DNA of 64,000 nt from Aeromicrobium sp. (lineage in GTDB: Bacteria; Actinomycetota; Actinomycetes; Propionibacteriales; Nocardioidaceae), in contig JAOPWZ010000020.1 in the NCBI GenBank assembly GCA_025965435.1, forward strand, positions 960-64,959, written 5' to 3'. Numbering within the stretch: the first letter of the stretch is position 1; the number at the start of each line of letters is the position of its first letter. The position numbers were made by a program, and so were the translations under genes. Shown in pieces: positions 10,338 through 19,971 of the stretch. Under the pieces are notes generated by a model, which worked only from the letters and a program-made list of their open reading frames with translations, was not told where the DNA came from and made no database searches.

Positions 10338-13214
10338 TCAGTCCTCGAGCAACCCCTTGCGACGGGCGATCGCGGCCGCCTCCGTGCGGCCCGAGGCGCC
10401 GAGCTTGGCCAGGATGTTGGACACGTGGACCGAGACGGTCTTGGTGCTGATGAACAACCGCTTGCCGATCTCACCGTTGCTGCGACCGGCGGCCACGTGC
10501 TGCAGCACCTCCCGCTCGCGCGGCGTCAGGTCGATGTCGGCGCGCATCGGCCGGGGAGCGAGCAGGTCGAGCTCGGCGAGCAGCGGTCGGGCGCCGAGCA
10601 TCTCGGCGATCGACCGCGCGTCGGCCAGCAGCGCCCGGCCGGTCTGCTCGTCGCCCACCGCCAGGAGAACCGCCGCGAGCCGTGCCGCGGAGCGCGCTGA
10701 CTCGTACGGGTCGCCGAGCCCCACGAAGGCCTCATGGGTGGTGCGCCACAGCGCGGCGAGCTCGTCGGCGGAGGGGGCGTCGACCCCGCTCTGCCACCGC
10801 AGCCGGGCGATCTCGGCCTGCGCACGGATCCGCCACGCCTCTCCCTCGGGGCCGAAGGGCCGGGTGGCCGCGACGGTTCGCTCGACGTCGTCGGCCAGCT
10901 CCGGGACCTCGTCGAGGAGTGCGGCCTGCTCCGCCGCGTCGAGCGAGCCGATGGCCGACGCGTACTGACCCAGCACCAGCGCCGCGAGCCTGATCCGCGC
11001 CGGGAAGTCGGGCACGTCCCAGGCACGGGCCAGCAGGTCGGACACGTCGTCGTACGTGCGGCGGGCGGCAGTGAGGTCTCCGGCGACGCCGTGCAGCTCG
11101 ATGAGCGCGGAGCTGCTGTGGATCGACGCGGCCTCCTCATGACGCCACAGCGACCGCAGCGAGAGGGTGCGCTCGATCTGCCCCACGTCACCCCGGGCGG
11201 CATGCACCAGCAGCGCGATGGCCTCGAGGTTGGCGGTGAGGATGGCAGGAGCCCCGGCCTCGGTCTCGCACAGCTCGAGGACTCGGTCCCACCGTCCGCG
11301 CATGTAGGCGACGAGGGCGCCGAAGAAGCGTCCGTCGAAGCCGTAGGGCCCGCGCGACCAGCCGGTCTCCTCGGCGCGGCGCATGCCCTCGGCGAAGGCC
11401 CACTCGGCTTCGTCGAGCTCGCCGGCGTTGAAGTGGATGAACGCCATCTGGTGCAGCCCCCGCAGCTCACCGAGCACGTGCCCTGACGCCCGTGAGCTGT
11501 CGACGAGCTCACGGAAGGCCTGCTTGGCCTTCTCCGGATCGTCGCCCGTGCGCACCATCAACCGGGTCAAGGTGGCCTTGGCGTCGGAGATGACCTGGTC
11601 GGACTCGAGCTGCTCGCCGATCGCGAGGGCGCGCTCGCCCCATCGGATCGCCTCCTCGTCGCGTCGTTTGTTGGCCAGCACCCGGGCGCGCAGCGCCGCC
11701 ACCTCACCCCGCAGCACGGTCGGCTCGTCGGGCACGACCCGTTCGGCGTCGAGGCTGGCCTGCTCGGCCTCCACGTCGAGGCTGGCGTAGTAGCTGGTGT
11801 TGCCGATCGCGACGAGCAGGCGTCCGTGACAGTCGCGGCCCAGGTCGGGCGGCAGCTGGTGAAGGTGGTCACGGAGCAGGTCCATGGCCCGCATGAGCTG
11901 GCCCGACATCACCAGGGCGTTGGAGGCGTCGATCACCAGATCGATCACGTCGGTGCCCTCGGACGCCGCATCGACCATCCCCAGCGCCTGCTCGTAGTGC
12001 ATCGCGGCCTCGTCGTAGCCGGCGACCCGGCTCGCCGCCTCCGCGGCCTGCACCGTCGCCCGGAAGGCGATCTCCCGCTCGCCCGCGGCGGACGCGTGTC
12101 GGGCGACGGTCGCGGGCGGCGCGTCGGGGCCGAGGGCTGCGAGGAAGGCCGCATGGATGCGACGCCGTTCGCCGGGCAGCAGGTCGTCGCGCAGGGCCTC
12201 GCCGAGCAGGGCGTGGCGGAAGGTGTAGTCGTTGGACCCGCTCCGTCGCAGCACCTTGTGGTCGATCGCCGTGACGAGGGCGTCGTCGAGCTCGGCATCG
12301 CTCAGGTCTGCAGCGGCCGCAAGCGCCGCAAAGCCCTCGCGTCCGTCGGTGACCGACGCTGCCCGCACCAGCCGGCGGGCGGGGTCGTCGAGCCGGTCGA
12401 GCCGGACCAGCAGCAGGTCGCTGAGCGTCTCGGGGAGCACCGAGGTGTGGTGGGCCAGGCCCGCGTCGAGCAGCTCCTCGACGTAGAAGGCGTTGCCTCC
12501 GGCCCTCTGCACGACGGCGCGCACCTCGTCGGGCGGCAGGTCGCCCTCGGCCCGTGCTCGCACCAGGTCGACGACCTGGGCGTCGGCCAAGGGCTCCAGC
12601 TCGATGCGACGCACGTGCGGCAGCCGGACCCACTCGGTGAGGGCCTCGCGAAGCGGGTGCCGTCGGTGCAGGTCGTCGGAGCGGTAGCTGACCACGACGT
12701 GCACCGAGCCGTGGAATCCCTGGGCCAGGACGTAACGGATCAGGTGCCGGGTGGAGGCATCTGCCCAGTGGGCGTCCTCGATGACCAGCAGCACCGGTTG
12801 CTCGTCGGACAGCGAGTCGAGGGCAGCGACGACCGACGCGAACAGCTCGGCCCGTTCGACGCCCGGCCCGGGTGCCGGCGAGGGCCAGGGCAGGAGCGGC
12901 TTGAGGGCGGGGAAACGCTCGGCGAGCTGGTCGCGCTCGGCGTCCGCGAGATCGGAGAAGGCCTCGCCGAAGGGCTGGTAGGGCCGCGCGCTGTCGCCGA
13001 GGTCGAGGCAGTGGCCGGCCATGACCCGGTGCCCTGCGCCGCGGGCCCGGATGCCGAGCTCGCGCAGCAACCGGGTCTTGCCGATGCCGGCGTCGCCGCC
13101 CAGCAGGACGACGTCGCGTGCGTCGTCGTCCGTGACGCCGGCGTACTCCAGCAGCAGGTCGAGCTCGCCGCGCCGCCCGACCAGCGGCGTCGAGGGAGAC
13201 CGGTGGTTCGCCAT
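10338..13214 (-). CDS. Large ATP-binding LuxR-family transcriptional regulator
   Basis: LVGRRGEL, Walker A GDAGIGKT, IEDAHWAD, GGNAFYVEEL, C-terminal LuxR HTH; alternative start GTG 13271 overlaps the upstream ORF stop. Confidence 0.92.
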   Translation of the reverse strand: MANHRSPSTPLVGRRGELDLLLEYAGVTDDDARDVVLLGGDAGIGKTRLLRELGIRARGAGHRVMAGHCLDLGDSARPYQPFGEAFSDLADAERDQLAERFPALKPLLPWPSPAPGPGVERAELFASVVAALDSLSDEQPVLLVIEDAHWADASTRHLIRYVLAQGFHGSVHVVVSYRSDDLHRRHPLREALTEWVRLPHVRRIELEPLADAQVVDLVRARAEGDLPPDEVRAVVQRAGGNAFYVEELLDAGLAHHTSVLPETLSDLLLVRLDRLDDPARRLVRAASVTDGREGFAALAAAADLSDAELDDALVTAIDHKVLRRSGSNDYTFRHALLGEALRDDLLPGERRRIHAAFLAALGPDAPPATVARHASAAGEREIAFRATVQAAEAASRVAGYDEAAMHYEQALGMVDAASEGTDVIDLVIDASNALVMSGQLMRAMDLLRDHLHQLPPDLGRDCHGRLLVAIGNTSYYASLDVEAEQASLDAERVVPDEPTVLRGEVAALRARVLANKRRDEEAIRWGERALAIGEQLESDQVISDAKATLTRLMVRTGDDPEKAKQAFRELVDSSRASGHVLGELRGLHQMAFIHFNAGELDEAEWAFAEGMRRAEETGWSRGPYGFDGRFFGALVAYMRGRWDRVLELCETEAGAPAILTANLEAIALLVHAARGDVGQIERTLSLRSLWRHEEAASIHSSSALIELHGVAGDLTAARRTYDDVSDLLARAWDVPDFPARIRLAALVLGQYASAIGSLDAAEQAALLDEVPELADDVERTVAATRPFGPEGEAWRIRAQAEIARLRWQSGVDAPSADELAALWRTTHEAFVGLGDPYESARSAARLAAVLLAVGDEQTGRALLADARSIAEMLGARPLLAELDLLAPRPMRADIDLTPREREVLQHVAAGRSNGEIGKRLFISTKTVSVHVSNILAKLGASGRTEAAAIARRKGLLED

Positions 13215-13267
13215 GACGTCCATCATGGCCGACGGGTCGGACGTTACGGCAGTGCTGGTGCCGGTGC

Positions 13268-13444
13268 TCACGCTTGAACGGCCCGGCCTGTCGCCCAGCT
13301 GGCCAGGCGCAGCGCCAGGCTGCGTCTCGGCCGCCGGCGCCGCGCAGGCCTGCCCACCGCGGCCCGGGCCGCCCGGGCGGCTTCGGCGGCAGCCAGGTGC
13401 CGGTCCATCTCGACGGCGATGAAGGTCTGCGGATCGATGATCAT
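13268..13444 (-). CDS. 58-aa Ala/Arg-rich hypothetical protein
   Basis: MIIDPQTFIAVEMDRHLAAAEAAR...; directly upstream of the LuxR ATPase gene. Confidence 0.6.
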   Translation of the reverse strand: MIIDPQTFIAVEMDRHLAAAEAARAARAAVGRPARRRRPRRSLALRLASWATGRAVQA

Positions 13445-13526
13445 GACTCGATCGTGCGCGCATGAGGTAGGCCCCCACATCGGGCGAGATGCCTAGATGT
13501 GGGGGCCGGTTACCTCAGTTCGGGGC

Positions 13527-15044
13527 TCACTTCAGCGTCTGCTTCCCGCCGTGCAGCACCGTGATGAGCTGGGCGACCCGGCTGTCGGTCTTGGCGTCGC
13601 GCGTGAACGAGGTGAGCATCATGACGGGGCGGAACTTCTGCCGCGTGATCGCCTTGGCGTAGGTGAACTCCTTGAGCCCGTCCGGCCCGTGGATGCGCCC
13701 GAAGCCCGACTGGCCCACGCCGCCGAACGGAAGGGTCGGCACACCGGCGAACGCGATGACCGAGTTGACCGACGTCATGCCCGAGCGGATCTGCTGGGCG
13801 ATCTCCATGCCCCGCTTCTTGGAGAACACCGCTCCGGCCAGACCGTACGAGGTGCCGTTGGTCAGCTTGACGGCCTCCTCCATGCTCCTGACCGGGTTGA
13901 CCGCCAGCGTGGGACCGAACGTCTCCTCGGTCATCTCGGTGGAGGTCTCGGGCACGTGGGTCAGGATCGTGGGCTGCACGAAGCGCTCCCCCACGGCGTC
14001 GGACCCGCCGAGCGCCACGTGGGCGCCCTTCGCGATGGCGTCGTCGATGTGGCTCCGGATGACGTCGATCTGCGACGGCATCGTGATCGGGCCGATCTTG
14101 GCACCCGCGTCGGCGCCGGCCCGAAGCCCCTCCGCCTGCTGCAGGATCTCGGTCATGAACGAGTCGAAGACGTTCTCGTGCACGTAGACGCGCTCGGTGC
14201 CGATGCAGGTCTGGCCGGCGTTCGACATGCCGCCCCACAGCGCGGCCTCGGCGGCCTTGGCGATGTCGGCGTCCTCGTCGACGATCAGCGAGTCCTTGCC
14301 GCCGGCCTCGATGATGACGGGCGTGAGGTTCTCGGCGCACGCGGCCATGACCTTCTTGCCGGTCCGCCCCGAGCCGGTGAACGCCAGCTTGTCGACGTCG
14401 GCGGTGCACAGCGCGTTGCCGGTCTCACCCAGACCTGTGACGACCTGCAGCACCGGACGTCCGTGGACGACCTCGGTGAATGTGTCGGCGAGCCACTGGC
14501 CCACGCCGGGCGTGTACTCGCTGGGCTTGAACACGACGGTGTTGCCGGCGGCCAGCGCGTAGGCGATCGAGCCCATCGGCGTGAACACCGGGTAGTTCCA
14601 CGGGCCGATGACGCCGACGACGCCCAGCGGCCGGTACTCCACGGTCGACGCCTGGTTCGCCATGAGCAGCCCCGACGAGACCTTGTGCGGGCCGAGCACC
14701 TTCTTGGCGTGCTTGGCCGCCCACGCGATGTGGTCGATGGCCAGGACGATCTCGAGCTGCGCGTCGCCGTGCGGCTTGCCGGTCTCGCGGTGCGAGAGGT
14801 GGGCGAGCTGCGCGATGCGCCGCGTGATGACGCTGCGCCACGTCAGGAGGTACTCGCCGCGCTCGGCGAAGCTCAGCGCGCCCCACCATCCGGCCGCCTC
14901 GCGGGAGCGGGCCACGGCCGCGTCGACCCCGGCCCGGTCGACGACGGGGTGGGTGCCGACGAGATCGCCCGAGGCCGGGTCGAGCGAGTCGAAGGTCTTG
15001 ACCGGCGCGTCCGTGCCGGTGGTCGGGTCGAGCGTGGCGGTCAT
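13527..15044 (-). CDS. Aldehyde dehydrogenase
   Basis: PWNYP, FTGS, EAGGKD, NAGQTC, EETFGP, PFGGVGQSGFGR. Confidence 0.95.
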   Translation of the reverse strand: MTATLDPTTGTDAPVKTFDSLDPASGDLVGTHPVVDRAGVDAAVARSREAAGWWGALSFAERGEYLLTWRSVITRRIAQLAHLSHRETGKPHGDAQLEIVLAIDHIAWAAKHAKKVLGPHKVSSGLLMANQASTVEYRPLGVVGVIGPWNYPVFTPMGSIAYALAAGNTVVFKPSEYTPGVGQWLADTFTEVVHGRPVLQVVTGLGETGNALCTADVDKLAFTGSGRTGKKVMAACAENLTPVIIEAGGKDSLIVDEDADIAKAAEAALWGGMSNAGQTCIGTERVYVHENVFDSFMTEILQQAEGLRAGADAGAKIGPITMPSQIDVIRSHIDDAIAKGAHVALGGSDAVGERFVQPTILTHVPETSTEMTEETFGPTLAVNPVRSMEEAVKLTNGTSYGLAGAVFSKKRGMEIAQQIRSGMTSVNSVIAFAGVPTLPFGGVGQSGFGRIHGPDGLKEFTYAKAITRQKFRPVMMLTSFTRDAKTDSRVAQLITVLHGGKQTLK

Positions 15045-15106
15045 GCGGGGTCCCCGCCTTTCTGTGGAAGGAGCTTGCGACTGGAGCAGGAAGGTGGGGT
15101 GCTCAT
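15041..15106 (-). other. 21-aa bridging mini-ORF in a hairpin-forming intergenic unit
   Basis: MSTPPSCSSRKLLPQKGGDPA*; ATGA overlaps with the GMC stop and the ALDH start. Confidence 0.65.
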
Positions 15107-16686
15107 GCGGACTCCTTGATGAGATCGGCGCACTTCTCGCCGATCATGATGGTGGGTGCATTGGTGTTGCCGCGAGGGACCCGCGGCATGACGGAGGCGT
15201 CGGCGACCCGCAGGCCCTCGACGCCGTGGACCTTGAGCTCCGGATCGACGACGCTTCCCTCGACCGTGCCCATCGCGCAGGTCGCGACGGGGTGGTAGAG
15301 CGTCTGGCCGTAGGCGCCGATCGCCTCGATGATCTGGTCGTCGGTGGGATCGGACGTCGCGGGGATCCACGGGCCGTCGATGTACGCGGCGACCGGGCCG
15401 GTGCGCAGGATGTCGTAGGCGCGGCGGAAGCCGGCGATCATGGCTTCCAGATCTGCCCGGTCGTCGAAGTAGCCCGGCTCGATCTCGGGCGCCCACGTCG
15501 GGTCGGCGGAGCGGAGCTTGAGGTGTCCCTTGCTCTGGACGTTGACCAGGGTCACCGCCGTCGTCTGGGCACGCCGCACGGGCTCGTGCATGCCGTTGTC
15601 GACGAAGCCCGTCGGCGCGACGTGCAGCTGGATGTCCGGCAGGGGCAGGTCGTCGCGGGAGGCGAAGAAGGCACCGGTGTCGGCGACGTTGGAGCTCAGC
15701 GGGCCCTTGCCCGTCGCGCGCCACCTGAGCAGGTTGCCGATGCCCAGCATCTCCGCGACGTCCGTCGTGCCCTTGGTGTGGCTGATGATGCCTGACACCG
15801 GGTGGTCCTGGAGATTCTGGCCGACGCCCGACGACTCGACGGCGACGTCGATGCCCATGTCACGCAGGTGCGCACCGGGGCCGATTCCCGACAGCATCAG
15901 CAGCTGGGGGCTGTTGATCGCGCCGCCGCTGAGGACGACCTCCGCCTCGGCCCGGGCGACCAGGCTCTGGCCATGGCGACGGTAGGCGACGCCGGTCGCG
16001 CGGTTGCCGTCGAGAAGGATCTTCGTCACGAACGCCTCGGTGCGCACCGTGAGGTTGGGACGATCCAGCGCGGGGCGGATGAACGCGTCGGCCACCGACC
16101 AACGACGGCCCTTCTTGGTGGTGAGCTGATAGGCCCCGATGCCCTCCTGCTCGGCACCGTTGAAGTCGTCCGTGCGCTTGAGGCCTGCGGCCACGCCCGA
16201 CTCGAGGAACGCGGCGCTCAGCGGGTGGACGTACGTGCGGTCCTCGACGTTCAGCGGGCCGTCCGTGCCGTGGAACCGGTCGGCGAGGCGCGTGTTGCCC
16301 TCGGACTTCGTGAAGTACGGCAGGACGTCGTCGAACCCCCAGCCGGTCGCGCCGTAGACGTCGCGCCACTCGTCGTAGTCGGCATGGTTGCCGCGGATGT
16401 AGATCATCGCGTTCATCGACGAGCATCCGCCGAGCGCCTTCATGCGCGGCCAGTAGGCGCGGCGGCCGGCGAGGTGCTTCTGGGGGGTCGTCTCGTAGTT
16501 CCAGTCCCACTTGGTCTTGAACAGCGTCGAGAAGCCGAGCGGCATCTTGATCATCTCGTCGTCGTCGTCGGGCCCGGCCTCCAGCAGGAGCACGCTGACC
16601 TGCGGATCCTCGGTCAACCGGGTGGCGACGACACCACCCGCGCTGCCCGAGCCGATGACGATGTAGTCGAAGTTCTCGTCGGCCAT
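15103..16686 (-). CDS. GMC-family oxidoreductase (choline dehydrogenase-like)
   Basis: DYIVIGSGSAG, LGGCSSMNAMIYIRG, GQNLQDH, YHPVATCAMG, GNTNAPTIMIGEK. Confidence 0.95.
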   Translation of the reverse strand: MADENFDYIVIGSGSAGGVVATRLTEDPQVSVLLLEAGPDDDDEMIKMPLGFSTLFKTKWDWNYETTPQKHLAGRRAYWPRMKALGGCSSMNAMIYIRGNHADYDEWRDVYGATGWGFDDVLPYFTKSEGNTRLADRFHGTDGPLNVEDRTYVHPLSAAFLESGVAAGLKRTDDFNGAEQEGIGAYQLTTKKGRRWSVADAFIRPALDRPNLTVRTEAFVTKILLDGNRATGVAYRRHGQSLVARAEAEVVLSGGAINSPQLLMLSGIGPGAHLRDMGIDVAVESSGVGQNLQDHPVSGIISHTKGTTDVAEMLGIGNLLRWRATGKGPLSSNVADTGAFFASRDDLPLPDIQLHVAPTGFVDNGMHEPVRRAQTTAVTLVNVQSKGHLKLRSADPTWAPEIEPGYFDDRADLEAMIAGFRRAYDILRTGPVAAYIDGPWIPATSDPTDDQIIEAIGAYGQTLYHPVATCAMGTVEGSVVDPELKVHGVEGLRVADASVMPRVPRGNTNAPTIMIGEKCADLIKESA

Positions 16687-16756
16687 GGTTCCCTCTCGGC
16701 GATGCAGTGATCTGGGCCACAAACCTACTGCGAGTATGTCCGTGACACAACCGGTG

Positions 16757-18316
16757 TCAGCGTGCGAGGGCGGCGCCCACCGCGTCGGCGATGCGAGCCT
16801 CGAGCTCGCGACGACCTGTCCGGTCGACCGGCACCTCGAGCACACGGATCCCGGCGACGTCCTCGTCGAGCGCGGCGGAGAGATCTGCCGTATCCAGACA
16901 CCGGTACGGAACGCCGTATCCCGCACACAGGGCGCCGATGTCGGCGCCGGTCGGTGTGGCGAAGGCGCGCTCGAACGAAGCCGCGTACTCCGGCGCACCC
17001 TGCTCGAGGGTCGAGAAGATGCTGCCGCCGTCGTCGGAGGCCACCACGATCGTCAGGTCGGGACGCGGCTCGCCGGGGCCGATCAGCAGCCCGTTGCTGC
17101 CGTGCAGGAACGTGAGGTCGCCGACGTACGCGATCGCCCGGCTCGACGATCGAGCCAGCGCGGCGCCGATCGCGGTCGAGAGGACGCCATCGATGCCCGC
17201 CAGCCCACGGTTGGCGATGATCAGCCGCTTCTCCCCGACCCGATAGGGACGGGCGACGAGGTCGAGGTCGCGGATCGGGCTGGACGACCCGACGAACAAC
17301 AGGCCTCCGGGCGGGACGGCCGCGTTGACGGTGCGCGCCACGTCGTAGGGCGTGCCCGCCACCAGCTCGTCGATCGCGGCCGTGGCGCGGGCATCGGCGT
17401 CGTGCCAGGACCGGAGCCATCCCGGTTCGTCCGTGCCGTCGACCCGGACGGCGGTGGTAAACCTGACGTTGTCTCCTGCCACCACCGGGAACGTCGACTG
17501 GTCACCGACGTGGATGATCTCGAGGTCGGTACGGGCGAGCAGCCGCGTGACCGGACGACTGAGGGTCGCGTGGCCGAAGCTCACGACCCGCTCGATCTGC
17601 TCGGCGAGCGGCGAGTGCGCCAGCAGCTGCCGGTAGGAGACGAGCGCCTCGCCGTTGCGCGAGCCCGACGACGGCTCGGCCAGCAGCGGCCAACCGGCGT
17701 CGCGAGCCAGGATGCGGGCGGGCTGCTGGGCGTCGTCACCCGCGACGACGACGGTTCGCGGACCGATCTCGAGGCCGGCCGTGGGCGCGGCCTCGTAGGA
17801 GCCTTCGAACTCGCCCGACGGAGACCCGCTGAAGTCCCAGTCGATCGACTCGATCAACGGTTCGTCGAGCTCGAGGTTGAGGTGCACCGGCCCGAGGAAG
17901 GACACGACGTCGATCGGTGCGGCAGCGACGTCGACGCCCGGGAAGACCCCGCGCTGCTCGGTCGTCTGGTTGGCGCCGGTACCGCGCAGACGGCCGGGGC
18001 GGTCGGCCGTGATCGCGATCAGCGGTATGCCCGCGTGCAGCGCCTCGAGCATCGCGGGGTGGAGATTGGCCACGGCAGTACCGGACGTCGTGACGACCGG
18101 CACGGGAGCCCGGGACGCCTTCGCGAGCCCAAGGGCCAGGAAGGCTGCCTCACGCTCGTCGACCCGGACGTGCAGCCGGATGAGTCCCTGCTCGTCGGCG
18201 GCGACGAGGGCCAGGGCCAGCGGGCCCGAGCGCGATCCCGGTGCCAAGACAGCCTCGCGCACGCCACCGGCGACGAGCTCGCGCACCACCGCCTCGACCG
18301 TCTGCACCGCACTCAT
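16757..18316 (-). CDS. menD: SEPHCHC synthase
   Basis: PGSRSGPL, VRVDEREAAFLALG, TTSGTAVANL, NRGLAGIDG, GDLTFLH; ATG overlaps the menC stop. Confidence 0.93.
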   Translation of the reverse strand: MSAVQTVEAVVRELVAGGVREAVLAPGSRSGPLALALVAADEQGLIRLHVRVDEREAAFLALGLAKASRAPVPVVTTSGTAVANLHPAMLEALHAGIPLIAITADRPGRLRGTGANQTTEQRGVFPGVDVAAAPIDVVSFLGPVHLNLELDEPLIESIDWDFSGSPSGEFEGSYEAAPTAGLEIGPRTVVVAGDDAQQPARILARDAGWPLLAEPSSGSRNGEALVSYRQLLAHSPLAEQIERVVSFGHATLSRPVTRLLARTDLEIIHVGDQSTFPVVAGDNVRFTTAVRVDGTDEPGWLRSWHDADARATAAIDELVAGTPYDVARTVNAAVPPGGLLFVGSSSPIRDLDLVARPYRVGEKRLIIANRGLAGIDGVLSTAIGAALARSSSRAIAYVGDLTFLHGSNGLLIGPGEPRPDLTIVVASDDGGSIFSTLEQGAPEYAASFERAFATPTGADIGALCAGYGVPYRCLDTADLSAALDEDVAGIRVLEVPVDRTGRRELEARIADAVGAALAR

Positions 18317-19257
18317 GCCAGCACCGCGCGGACGGCCGACAGCCGGGCCTGCCACCGGGCGTCCGTCTCGCCGTCGGCGGCCACGGCGCCGTAGGCGGCC
18401 GGATCGAGCCCCTGCCGTCCGACCGGAAGAAGGCCGTCGACCGGCACGAGCGGAGAGGCGACGACGTCGCCGTCGAGCAGGGACGTCGTGGCCAGGCCGC
18501 ACGCGTAGGGCAGCTCGGGCAGCGCACCGGCGAGCGCGAGACCAGCCGCCAGGCCGATCGAGGTGTCGACCGCGCTGGACACGACGACGGGCAGACCGAT
18601 CTGCTCGGCGATGCGGAGGCACGCATGGACGCCGCCGAGCGGGGCGACCTTCAGCACCGCGATGTCGGCCGCCTCCAGCCGGGCGACGCGGAACGGGTCG
18701 TCGGCCCGACGGATCGACTCGTCGGCGGCGATCGGCACCCCGACCCGGCGACGCACGGCCGCGAGGTCCTCGACCGAGGCGCACGGCTGCTCGACGTACT
18801 CGAGGCCGTGGGCGGCCAGGTCGAGCGCGGCGATCGCGCGGACGGCATCGTCGACGGACCAGCCGCCGTTGGCGTCGACCCGGATCTTGCCGCGAGGCCC
18901 GATGGCACCACGGACGGCCTCGACCCGGGCGAGGTCGTCGGCCAGGCTCTGGCCTCGCTCGGCCACCTTGACCTTGGCGGTGCCGCAACCGCTGCGGCGC
19001 ACGATCGCGGCGCCCTGGTCGGGGCCCACCGCAGGCACGGTGCAGTTGACCGCGACATGGGTGCGGACCGGCGCCGGCCACTGCTTCTGCGCCGACTCGA
19101 TCGCGGCCGCGAGCCACGGGGCGCTCTCGCGGGCGTCGTAGTCCAGGAAGGGGCTGAACTCCGCCCATCCCGCCGGGCCCTCGAACACCATGCCCTCGCG
19201 CCGGGTGATGCCGCGGAACGGCGTCGGCATCGGGATCGAGAAGGTACGCGGCTGCAC
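18313..19257 (-). CDS. menC: o-succinylbenzoate synthase
   Basis: FRGITRREG, EFSPF, KVKV, RVDANGGW, EQP, ADESIR. Confidence 0.93.
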   Translation of the reverse strand: MQPRTFSIPMPTPFRGITRREGMVFEGPAGWAEFSPFLDYDARESAPWLAAAIESAQKQWPAPVRTHVAVNCTVPAVGPDQGAAIVRRSGCGTAKVKVAERGQSLADDLARVEAVRGAIGPRGKIRVDANGGWSVDDAVRAIAALDLAAHGLEYVEQPCASVEDLAAVRRRVGVPIAADESIRRADDPFRVARLEAADIAVLKVAPLGGVHACLRIAEQIGLPVVVSSAVDTSIGLAAGLALAGALPELPYACGLATTSLLDGDVVASPLVPVDGLLPVGRQGLDPAAYGAVAADGETDARWQARLSAVRAVLA

Positions 19258-19295
19258 GACTGGCAACTTACCGGCACCGACCTACGGTGGACGGT

Positions 19296-19955
19296 ATGAC
19301 CCGAATCGCCATTGTCGGAGGCCACGGCAACATCGCCCGCCTCCTCATCCCCATCCTCGTGGACGGCGGCCACCAGCCCGTCGCCCTCGTCCGCAACCCC
19401 GATCACACCGCAGAGCTCGAGGGCCTCGGTGCCGAGGTCGTCTTCCTCGACATCGAGCAGTCCGACGAAGCCGACTTCGCCAAGGCCTTCATCGGCACCG
19501 ACGCCGTGGTGTTCGCAGCCGGCGGCGGCGCGGACGGCAACGCCGAGCGCAAGAAGACCGTCGATCTCGGTGGCTCGCTGAAGTCGATCGCCGGCGCGAA
19601 GACCGCCGGTGTGCACCGGTTCGTGCAGATCTCCGCGATCGGCGTCGACGAGCCGCTCGACGATGACGTCGACGGCGGCTGGCAGGCCTATGTCGCTGCC
19701 AAGCGGGACGCCGACATCGCCCTGCGGGCGAGCGACCTCGACTGGACGATCATCCGTCCGGGCGGGCTGACCGACGACGACCCCACCGGTGAGATCGTGC
19801 TGGCCGACAAGGTCGACCGTGCACAGGTCCCTCGCGCGGACGTCGCCGCCGTGATCGCCGCAGTGATCGACGACCCCCGGACCCACCGCAAGCAGTGGGA
19901 GCTCATCAGCGGCACGACGCCCATCGCCGACGCCATCGCGGCGGCGGTCGCCTGA
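19296..19955 (+). CDS. NAD(P)H-binding oxidoreductase (atypical SDR)
   Basis: IVGGHGNIA, VVFAAG, YVAAK, WTIIRPGGL. Confidence 0.9.
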   Translation: MTRIAIVGGHGNIARLLIPILVDGGHQPVALVRNPDHTAELEGLGAEVVFLDIEQSDEADFAKAFIGTDAVVFAAGGGADGNAERKKTVDLGGSLKSIAGAKTAGVHRFVQISAIGVDEPLDDDVDGGWQAYVAAKRDADIALRASDLDWTIIRPGGLTDDDPTGEIVLADKVDRAQVPRADVAAVIAAVIDDPRTHRKQWELISGTTPIADAIAAAVA

Positions 19956-19971
19956 CGCTCCGGACGAGCGC

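Noticed and set aside
13510-13530. GTG overlapping the ALDH stop as another bridge ORF
   Set aside because: It ends after 6 codons (VSPELR*) without reaching the next gene; counted as the counter-example.
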